From a virus, in IMG/VR virus record IMGVR_UViG_3300025517_000001, positions 1-64,000 of that record: a DNA stretch of 64,000 nt; one strand, 5' to 3'. The position numbers were made by a program, and so were the translations under genes. The first letter of the stretch is position 1. Each line of letters begins with the position of its first letter. The notes beneath the pieces were generated by a model. That model did not search any database. It was given only the letters and a program-made list of their open reading frames with translations, and was not told the DNA's origin. Shown here in pieces: positions 18,836 to 25,840 of the stretch.

Positions 18836-19043
18836 GGTCGATCAAGTCACTGATAGCAACGTAAGGATTGCCTGTTATTTGGTAGATACGGGTTGCACAT
18901 TCGCGCAGTTCTTTGTAACAGGCGGGGCAGACCGGCAACAATTTGCCGTTAAATGTCGATACCCTTCCCCACCCGTTTTCCTTCATAGAGATATAGTCCG
19001 TTCTTTCTACATCCAAACTTTTACCGCAGTGGCATTTTATCAC
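18813..19043 (-). CDS. small zinc-finger protein (76 aa)
   Basis: GTG 19043 (V/MIKCHCGK) behind AAAGGAGG + 7 nt; CxC...CPAC cysteine pairs; first gene after promoter 19074-19102. Confidence 0.6.
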   Translation of the reverse strand: MIKCHCGKSLDVERTDYISMKENGWGRVSTFNGKLLPVCPACYKELRECATRIYQITGNPYVAISDLIDREKEWWE

Positions 19044-19073
19044 TCTATTACCTCCTTTTGCGTTTCTGACTTC

Positions 19074-19102
19074 ATGATACAATAGCAGATGTATATTGTC
19101 AA
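19074..19102 (-). promoter_or_regulatory. sigma-A-type early promoter (outermost leftward promoter)
   Basis: TTGACA (19097-19102) - 17 nt - TATCAT (19074-19079). Confidence 0.6.
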
Positions 19103-19125
19103 TACATGTTTTGAGATAATTTTAA

Positions 19126-19173
19126 AGTCGATTTTACTATTAGATCGTCTTTCATCTAATAGTAAAATCGACT
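19126..19173. repeat. perfect 20-bp inverted repeat with 8-nt spacer
   Basis: AGTCGATTTTACTATTAGAT (19126-19145) / ATCTAATAGTAAAATCGACT (19154-19173). Confidence 0.95.
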
Positions 19174-19196
19174 GTACCAAGCGAAGCGCGGTAGTA

Positions 19197-19300
19197 AAAA
19201 AATGCCCTGAAATTTCAAAGCGCCGCCTAATAGACGGTGATCAGTGTTGTCGAGTTTTTGGAAAATGGCCCGGAATTTTTGAGGTGCCGCCTAATAAGGG
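19197..19300. repeat. two ~40-bp imperfect direct repeats, each ending in GCCGCCTAATA
   Basis: 19197-19236 and 19261-19300 align as AAAATG(G)CCCnGAAnTTTnnAnGnGCCGCCTAATA (about 32/40 identical). Confidence 0.8.
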
Positions 19301-19557
19301 CGTATAAGTGTTCCGGCTACAGGCTCCCGAAATCCCTTATTACATGTCGAACTGTTGCTCTGCTGACACACAGGGATTGTTGGTCAGTGGTGCAATCACG
19401 CGCACCGTGCACATGGTATTCCGTTAATTACTATATGTTTAGTTGGTATTAGTTTCAATTCCTATATAGTCAATCGGATTTGTTCGTTTTTGTTCTCATG
19501 TGTTCGGCTCCTGCCCAGACGGGCGGGCCGCTCCCTGACTACGCCCCAGTGTACCAC

Positions 19558-19635
19558 TTATCCACAGCCTTGTCAAGTTATCAACATGTGGATATGTGGA
19601 AATGTTAGTATGTGGATATGTGGAAATGTGGAAAA
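19558..19635. promoter_or_regulatory. cluster of seven DnaA-box-like 9-mers (putative origin element)
   Basis: TTATCCACA 19558-19566 (exact consensus), TTATCAACA 19578-19586; reverse orientation TGTGGATAT 19587 and 19611, TGTGGAAAT 19595 and 19619, TGTGGAAAA 19627; includes a 20-mer tandem duplication (19586-19605, 19610-19629). Confidence 0.6.
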
Positions 19636-19871
19636 CTGCGTAGTGTACAATACTGGCATTGATTTGTCAAGTGCTCAATGCGGGGCGTCCTCCGTGAGAA
19701 CAAAACGAGAACAACTTTACACTAATTATCTATTTATAATAATTCTAATTTACTAATCAATATAATGTTGTACTTACTATTATTTAGCATTAATTCTTAA
19801 TTAATAATCATTATAATCTAATACATGTTCTAAACTTGTATCTTTCTTTAAAATAAAATTAAATAAAACCA

Positions 19872-19900
19872 TTGACATATAAAAGAGCTAATTATATAAT
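19872..19900 (+). promoter_or_regulatory. consensus sigma-A promoter
   Basis: TTGACA (19872-19877) - 17 nt - TATAAT (19895-19900). Confidence 0.7.
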
Positions 19901-19935
19901 AAAGATATAAAATAAATGATACGGAGTGATACATA

Positions 19936-20145
19936 ATGGCGACTGAAAAGCAAATTGCATACTTTGAAGCACTGGCAAAACAATGGGAGCAACGCAACGG
20001 ATCGGCAAAGTTTCTTGGAAGAAAACAAGACGAGCGGGCAACTGGTGGAATGATTCAAGCGGTCAGAAGAGCAATCGAAGACGGAGAAATCAGTAAAGCG
20101 GTAATTTCAATGGCAATCAATACACTAAAGAAAGAGCTTCAATAG
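19936..20145 (+). CDS. hypothetical small protein (69 aa)
   Basis: ATG behind GGAG; normal-GC ORF embedded in AT-rich DNA, with its own consensus promoter and terminator. Confidence 0.65.
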   Translation: MATEKQIAYFEALAKQWEQRNGSAKFLGRKQDERATGGMIQAVRRAIEDGEISKAVISMAINTLKKELQ

Positions 20146-20165
20146 GAGGCTCTTTCTTTCTTTCT
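20131..20165 (+). terminator. rho-independent terminator
   Basis: AAAGAGC-N11-GCTCTTT followed by a CTTTCTTTC tail. Confidence 0.5.
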
Positions 20166-20776
20166 AATCAAACCGATTTTTATTGGGTGTATTAAAAATA
20201 ATTACATTGAGATAATTGTTACAATTTTAGAGTAATTACTAAATTATAATTATTATAAACTAATAAATGACTCAAAATAGTAAATGATACTATATTAGAA
20301 TTATTTTAAAATAAAACTGATTACTATTTAATAATAACTACAAAGTAGTAATAATTATAAAATAGTACTAATTACAATATTGAACTAATTATTAGATTAT
20401 AATTAGTATAATCTAATAACAGGCACTTATTTAGAAGTATTCTAAATATAAATTGTACATGGTATTACGTTAGAATTATTATAGTTTGTCACACATTTGA
20501 CACAATTTTTGTGATTGTCAGGAGGCACCGTGGAACAACACATTCTCGATTTGTCAATATCGCCATCAGACGGCCAGAAATGCCCCTATTTGCCGTTTTC
20601 CCTCCCGCAGATATAACCACAAGCGGAGAAAAATATACAGGGGTTACAGGCCGTTCTAGAAGGTCGCCGGGAAATACGCGCCATTACTGTATTTGAAAGC
20701 GCTTACAACGGGAAATAATTGTCTGAAATTTATATTTATGCATCGACACCCTCATATATTGCATATTTATTCATAT

Positions 20777-20806
20777 TTGACGTATAAAGGTGTCCTATGG
20801 TATAAT
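20777..20806 (+). promoter_or_regulatory. sigma-A promoter with extended -10
   Basis: TTGACG (20777-20782) - 18 nt - TGGTATAAT (-10 at 20801-20806). Confidence 0.55.
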
Positions 20807-20852
20807 GGATGGATCCGGTTTTTTAGACTCATTGGTAAAAGAAGGGGATTTT

Positions 20853-20978
20853 ATGTCTTCTTTTCCAGTTCCGCCCGTCGATTTTCCCTATATAATGAAG
20901 GAACGTGAAATACGAAAAAATTGTACCCTAAATGCAAAAAACCTATTGCACTACACAGGATACCGTGGTAAGATATAG
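20853..20978 (+). CDS. possible 41-aa protein
   Basis: ATG 20853 behind GAAGGGGA; short and unsupported otherwise. Confidence 0.3.
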   Translation: MSSFPVPPVDFPYIMKEREIRKNCTLNAKNLLHYTGYRGKI

Positions 20979-21024
20979 GTGTAGCAAGGGAAGGAACGAA
21001 ATCAATCCTAATTGAAAGGATGAA

Positions 21025-22584
21025 ATGCCGATGAGAATTACCAAAGTGCAACTGCTTGGGTATCTGTTCGATAACGTATCTGCTTTGATGGATGACATGA
21101 ACAACCTAGGCATAGAATTTGACTTTGAGTATTTTATGCTCCGTTCTGAGGTATTGTTGATTGCGTGCAAAAGCGCTAAATCGGTAACACTGGAGCAAAT
21201 CCATGACGCATTTGAGAAGTTGGCACAATGCCGCGCTCGATTTCGCGAACTGCTAACTGAGAAGTACGGAGAGCAGGCTTGGCAGGCTCATTTGAAGTAC
21301 TCCGACAAAACGGCCCCCGCCGTAGTTGAGGAGAAGCAGGAGGAGCAGGCAGAAGACCGCAAGGGTAACGGGTTCCACGTCAACAAAGACGTAGTGATCG
21401 CAACCCACCATGTCGAAGAGTATGAGGACAAAAAGCAAATCAGTGAGCAACTGGAAGAGGCCCCGCTTCTCGCTTCCCTGTCTGCGAATGACATGTACGC
21501 AAAGCGTGCTTCGATCATGTACCACCTGACAGATGGGGCGGAAGTACTGGAAGCAAAAGCGGTAATGCTGAGTGACTACTTTACCCGCTTCATGCGGCAA
21601 TTGTCGATCACACTGGACGAACTGAAGCGGCGAATAGGTTATTTAGGTTATTCTGACTATATTGAAAAATATGATTTTTGGTTCGGCGTCAGAGACCGCA
21701 TCCTGCGCGGTGTACTCTATAACAACATATCGCCAGAGGACATGGAAACATACAATATCCGCTCCCCGAAATTCAGTAAGTACCTGATAAAGACATTCGG
21801 GGAAAAGTCGGAGATAGTGAAGCTGTTCAATGACCGCCCCAAGGCTGACCAAATCGAGCAGGTAACGCCCCAGGTCATCAAAGGCATGAAGGTGGTTGTG
21901 TCAAACCTTGCGTGCAACGTCATGAAGATGACGGCCCATAATGCGTTCCATTCCTGTCAAGATTACACATACGATTCTTACGATTCACTGGAAACTCTTG
22001 ATAGCTTGCCGTCCAGTGTTCATGATGAAACACTCAGCATTGCATACTTGACAGATGCGTATGAGGATTACATGTTCCCTACTATGAAAGCCCGTATACT
22101 CATCTCGCCGTTTGAGTACAAGGGTAACCTGTTCTATGTAGGTTACAACCTGTATGGTAGAAGGGACGATGCAGACCTGCTCGTTTCCAGTCTCAAGTAC
22201 CTGTATGGCGACCGCTTCCTGTTCGCCCGCGACCTGTACAGAACGGGTGACATGGTGACGTGGCAATACGACTACGGCTATACCTTGCGGGTGGACTTTT
22301 ACCATGACACGCCCTGCTACCTGTGTGAAGGTAACGGCACGGTGCGGGCGACAGTAAGGGAGTATGACTACGATTTCACCTGCGAATGCCCACGTTGTGA
22401 AGGTGTTGGCAAAGACTATGACGGTGATTGGGGTTCGTATCCATACGTGAATGAGAGTTCCTATATCTACTATAGAGGTAACACCAAGGAGGTGGAAGTT
22501 GACAGGAAAATACTGGAACGCATACTGGAAGAAGAATCCCAAGAAAAAAGCAAAGAATATCATAAAAAGGTATTGACAGTATAG
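21025..22584 (+). CDS. large hypothetical protein with CxxCxGxG zinc knuckles (paralogue of 11937..13400)
   Basis: SPKFSKYLIKTFGEKSEIVK, DETLSIAYLT, CYLCEGNG...CPRCEGVG match the early-block copy; start ATG 21025 or 21031. Confidence 0.7.
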   Translation: MPMRITKVQLLGYLFDNVSALMDDMNNLGIEFDFEYFMLRSEVLLIACKSAKSVTLEQIHDAFEKLAQCRARFRELLTEKYGEQAWQAHLKYSDKTAPAVVEEKQEEQAEDRKGNGFHVNKDVVIATHHVEEYEDKKQISEQLEEAPLLASLSANDMYAKRASIMYHLTDGAEVLEAKAVMLSDYFTRFMRQLSITLDELKRRIGYLGYSDYIEKYDFWFGVRDRILRGVLYNNISPEDMETYNIRSPKFSKYLIKTFGEKSEIVKLFNDRPKADQIEQVTPQVIKGMKVVVSNLACNVMKMTAHNAFHSCQDYTYDSYDSLETLDSLPSSVHDETLSIAYLTDAYEDYMFPTMKARILISPFEYKGNLFYVGYNLYGRRDDADLLVSSLKYLYGDRFLFARDLYRTGDMVTWQYDYGYTLRVDFYHDTPCYLCEGNGTVRATVREYDYDFTCECPRCEGVGKDYDGDWGSYPYVNESSYIYYRGNTKEVEVDRKILERILEEESQEKSKEYHKKVLTV

Positions 22585-22601
22585 ATTGACTTGTGTATTA
22601 T
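22573..22601 (+). promoter_or_regulatory. sigma-A promoter
   Basis: TTGACA (22573-22578) - 17 nt - TATTAT (22596-22601); overlaps the stop of the upstream gene. Confidence 0.6.
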
Positions 22602-22666
22602 AAAGGTGTAAGGAATTTTTGAGGGCCGCGCCCGCAAGGGCGCAGTCCCACGGAGGAAGGCAACAG

Positions 22667-22834
22667 ATGAAGGTAACAGCATTGGTTAGATTGGGTGCAT
22701 TTCTGGAGCGCGACAAGCGCAAGCAGGAGCGTCCACGGCGGGCGGCCCGCCCGTTGCAAGTATCAACAGAACACCCCGCGTATTCGTTCGCTGAGGTACT
22801 GCGCCAGTGCATGGCAAGCGGCGGGGCAAAGTAA
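22667..22834 (+). CDS. hypothetical small basic protein (55 aa)
   Basis: ATG 22667 behind GGAGGAAGG; preceded by a GC-rich GCAA-tetraloop hairpin in the leader. Confidence 0.45.
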   Translation: MKVTALVRLGAFLERDKRKQERPRRAARPLQVSTEHPAYSFAEVLRQCMASGGAK

Positions 22835-22847
22835 GGGAGGGGAAGGA

Positions 22848-22937
22848 ATGTCCAAAGCTGTAGTACTGTCTAGCAAATGGAAACGTCTGCAACAGTTGAA
22901 AAACGCGCTCGTCCATGGTTCCATCATCCTGCGATAA
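22848..22937 (+). CDS. possible 29-aa peptide
   Basis: ATG 22848 behind AGGGAGGGG. Confidence 0.35.
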   Translation: MSKAVVLSSKWKRLQQLKNALVHGSIILR

Positions 22938-22987
22938 CAACAATAGATTACTAATACATTTTTGGAAATTAATGGGAGGTTATCTAA

Positions 22988-23302
22988 ATGGCAAAAGTTG
23001 TAATGCGTGCAGGGGTAGAGGAGTTTGTTCTGGAGAGCGGCATCCCTACGAGCGTCGCCATTAAACAAGTAGACCTGCTGTACAGACTGGCGGGGCTCGA
23101 CTACACATTGACTGGCATAGGTATTGCATGTAGTTATGCGTCCAAGATACTGAGGCGGTACGAGTTGGATACGCTCCTGAAACACCGCCCCGGATTCTTT
23201 GAGCGGCGGGAAGTGAATGCAGATGGAATGTTCAAAGTCAGAGATAGCGAATACATGCTACTGGAAGAGACTACCATGTCGTTTATCGTTGTAGAGGAGT
23301 AG
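22988..23302 (+). CDS. hypothetical protein (104 aa)
   Basis: ATG behind GGGAGG + 9 nt. Confidence 0.6.
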   Translation: MAKVVMRAGVEEFVLESGIPTSVAIKQVDLLYRLAGLDYTLTGIGIACSYASKILRRYELDTLLKHRPGFFERREVNADGMFKVRDSEYMLLEETTMSFIVVEE

Positions 23303-23334
23303 GGAGGAACACCGATTATAGGAGGGTTTAGCTC

Positions 23335-23496
23335 ATGAACGTTAAGTGCAAACACTGCAAACTGGAAAATTGGTTCGATAGCAAGACCACCACCGTCACC
23401 CACAAGGCCGACTGCTTGATGGTGCGGGAGGCGTACGAGACCGGAAAACATATCGAGTACAAGGAAGACGGTACGGCTGTCGTCCGTATAAAGTAG
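23335..23496 (+). CDS. small zinc-ribbon-like protein (53 aa, MNVKCKHCKLENW...)
   Basis: ATG 23335 behind AGGAGGG + 8 nt; below the ORF-track cutoff. Confidence 0.5.
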   Translation: MNVKCKHCKLENWFDSKTTTVTHKADCLMVREAYETGKHIEYKEDGTAVVRIK

Positions 23497-23580
23497 GCAA
23501 GGAAGTGAAGGAAGGGACGTAATGAAGAGGATTGCATACCTGAATAAACTGGAGGTGATGAAGCGCAGATGCAGGGGATA

Positions 23581-23609
23581 GACTAGGTAACAAGCCTAGT
23601 CTTTTTTTT
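23581..23609 (+). terminator. rho-independent terminator
   Basis: GACTAGG-TAACAAG-CCTAGTC followed by T8. Confidence 0.8.
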
Positions 23610-23856
23610 GTTTGGGCGGCCCTCCCAGACGACCAACAGGGCGGGGCGCAACCTCCAAAACCTCCCATGACCATATAAACACATACGAATATACATATAT
23701 GAATGTATATCCAAATACTACCAAAACCTGTTTAGGAATATAACCCTAATTTCTGGCAATTTTACACCTTATTCCAACTACAGAATTATCCCTAACGATC
23801 CCATTATTTTACAGTATTGACAATACACCTCATTCGTATCCGGGCGGGCGGGGCTA

Positions 23857-23885
23857 TTGACAACAGAATCAACATCTGCTATACT
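23857..23885 (+). promoter_or_regulatory. sigma-A promoter firing into non-coding DNA
   Basis: TTGACA (23857-23862) - 17 nt - TATACT (23880-23885); no RBS or ORF downstream for ~800 nt. Confidence 0.5.
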
Positions 23886-23891
23886 AATATA

Positions 23892-24690
23892 TTTATATAC
23901 ATATACGTATATAAGAGAGAGACTAATACCACTATATGGATATACAATACATGCATAAACCAATACCAATAAATGGATAGACGTAAGGATTGGCACAAGG
24001 CTTGCATATACGTATATACATATATTGGAATATACCATTGGCATAGGTATTGCATATAGAATTGTCCGATACCTCTATTATTTGGGTAATTTTGGTTGGC
24101 TTCGCGCTCGCCCTGCGCCTCCCGCGCAATACCCAACCTGTAAATAACTGCCATGCGCCCGCAAGGGCACCTGCTCTCCGCTGAGCGGCCCTGCACCCTG
24201 CGGTCCTCCAGTCCGCTCTCCGCAAACGGTCCTCCAGAAGACCTCTTTACAAGTCATGGCCATATATGTATACTCTTATATGTATATAAGGGGATGGTAA
24301 TCGTTTCCAGTTTGTCAGTTCGACAGCCTGGCTTCCCCGCCCGTTCTCATAATACCGGATTATGTGAATGTGGCTGTAAGATTCTTCCAATCCTGCCAAC
24401 ATTTACCCCCACCCAGTGCCGAATGATCGCGCGAAGGCGCTTTTGCGGCGCTTTACCCTCGTACGATCTGCACAAAATTTTTACAAATTCCTTGTACGCA
24501 CATCACCTCGCACACGTCCTCGCATACACAAATGGGGCAATAAACACTGAGGCGAATGGGGCATTCCTCAATGGGGAAAACATACATATAAAGGAGGGGC
24601 CTTCCCAATACACGAGAAAAGGAGGCGGGGCAGAAAGCGGGGCTGAAAAATTCCGGGAAAAATTTTTCTGAAAATTGATGTCGGACGCAA
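23892..24690 (+). ncRNA. candidate non-coding transcript (unclassified); extent hypothetical
   Basis: promoter without a following ORF; GC-rich hairpins including GCCC-GCAA-GGGC; six CCTCC motifs lie on the + strand in 23621-24235 (three of them at 24118, 24205 and 24231, inside this predicted transcript; the other three upstream of it); only RBS-less low-complexity ORFs. Confidence 0.3.
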
Positions 24691-24691
24691 G

Positions 24692-24720
24692 TTGACCTGT
24701 CGGAATTGTTCTGCTATTAT
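24692..24720 (+). promoter_or_regulatory. sigma-A promoter
   Basis: TTGACC (24692-24697) - 17 nt - TATTAT (24715-24720). Confidence 0.55.
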
Positions 24721-24743
24721 ATGGGAAAGGAGGTAAGGAACGA

Positions 24744-24932
24744 ATGAGGTTGACTCGTACTCAAGCAGTTGTGGCGCAGTCGAGGATTCAATATAAACAA
24801 CAATTGAAGCGTCTCACAGTCGTGGGGAACTTGGTAGTAAAGGAACCTCAACTGAGGAGCCTATCGCAGATGACCTCTCGTCAACGTCAGAGCAACTGGA
24901 TGAAGGCTATGTCCCTTTTGATTAGGGCGTAG
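24744..24932 (+). CDS. hypothetical small basic protein (62 aa)
   Basis: ATG behind AAAGGAGG + 9 nt. Confidence 0.55.
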   Translation: MRLTRTQAVVAQSRIQYKQQLKRLTVVGNLVVKEPQLRSLSQMTSRQRQSNWMKAMSLLIRA

Positions 24933-25080
24933 GGGTACTCCCTTAACCGACAAAAGGAAGTACCCGTTCCGCCCGCGTGGTAGCTTTTCTCTTGGGGTAG
25001 TACGGGAGACTAGCTGTCAGCTACCGTTATTTATAATACCAGACCTATATAGGGATGTATAGTTGTAAAACATGGAAATG

Positions 25081-25107
25081 CCCCGGCCGTCAAAGCCGGG
25101 GTTTATT
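25081..25107. terminator. bidirectional terminator at the convergence of rightward and leftward units
   Basis: CCCCGGC-CGTCAAA-GCCGGGG followed by TTTATT; lies between convergent genes. Confidence 0.7.
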
Positions 25108-25179
25108 ACACTTCTTTAAATTCTCATTTAACGTTAAGTCCTTCTTTAACCGCGTTATTCAACATGTCTACGTGTACGA

Positions 25180-25422
25180 TCATTCGCCGCCCTCCATATG
25201 AAATTTCGACTTCTCCATTACAATTATTTCTTCCCACTCGTCTGCTATTTTGAGTAGTTCTTTTGCCATTTCCCGAAGGTGATATGGATTATCGAAATGT
25301 CTAGGGCAGTCAACCACGATAAAGACATCGTTAAGCGCCGAGTCTTTGATTACGTACCCTTTGACATAGGTACCACTGATTCTGTTTCTCAGTTGAAGCA
25401 CGTTACTTACGTTTTTACTCAT
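25180..25422 (-). CDS. hypothetical small protein (80 aa)
   Basis: ATG behind GAGGAGG; ATGA overlap with the upstream frame. Confidence 0.6.
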   Translation of the reverse strand: MSKNVSNVLQLRNRISGTYVKGYVIKDSALNDVFIVVDCPRHFDNPYHLREMAKELLKIADEWEEIIVMEKSKFHMEGGE

Positions 25423-25619
25423 GCCTTTACCTCCTCGTTCAACTTGTCTAACTTATCGGCCACGAGTCCTAGTTCCCGCGCTATGTTCCTTAGCATGGAA
25501 GAATCCATCCACGTGAGTGCGCCGTCTGTAATGTGAGCGAAGTACTTGTCTCACTCCTCTGTGTACTCGATCTTCCCTTCTACGTGACCTCTAAAGTCAA
25601 CGTGTGATTTAAACTTCAC
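25419..25619 (-). pseudogene. paralogue of 25634..25840 interrupted by one in-frame TGA (pseudogene, split gene or readthrough)
   Basis: GTG 25619 behind AAGGAGGG + 8 nt; 22 codons, TGA at 25551-25553, then 43 in-frame codons ending LRNIARELGLVADKLDKLNEE (compare LRDIAKDALALADKLDELNGR in the neighbour). Confidence 0.5.
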
Positions 25620-25633
25620 GTACCCGTCCCTCC

Positions 25634-25840
25634 TTAACTGCTCTTTCTTCCATTCAACTCGTCCAACTTATCAGCAAGTGCGAGCGCGTCTTTTGCTATG
25701 TCACGTAGCTGTACGGAAGAAAGCTCCTGTGTAAGGTAATGCGTATCCAGTGTTACCGTGAAATCACCTATAAATAAATAACGCTTGACTATGCCAGACA
25801 AAAAGGTCCCTTCAATGAAGTATTGTTCATGTAGTTCCAT
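25634..25840 (-). CDS. hypothetical small protein (68 aa)
   Basis: ATG behind GAGGAGGG. Confidence 0.6.
   Translation of the reverse strand: MELHEQYFIEGTFLSGIVKRYLFIGDFTVTLDTHYLTQELSSVQLRDIAKDALALADKLDELNGRKSS

Larger units (their letters stand above)
19690..20500. other. extremely AT-rich region (candidate DNA-unwinding element), interrupted by one small gene
   Basis: long runs of A/T-only words flank CDS 19936..20145; no ORFs; adjacent to the DnaA-box cluster. Confidence 0.45.

Noticed and set aside
19586-19629. Tandem 20-mers ATGTGGATATGTGGAAATGT, considered as a possible mini-CRISPR or other array
   Set aside because: There are only two copies separated by 4 nt, with no spacers and no cas genes. 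They are better explained as duplicated DnaA-box pairs.
21985-22812. 275-aa minus-strand ORF
   Set aside because: It is antisense to the 519-aa paralogue and to the rightward promoter and leader. It has no RBS and is low in complexity.
24153-24671. 172-aa + strand ORF in the GC-rich non-coding island
   Set aside because: It has no RBS upstream of its ATG and a low-complexity S/P/R/G-rich product. ORFs overlap it on both strands, which is typical of non-coding GC-rich DNA.
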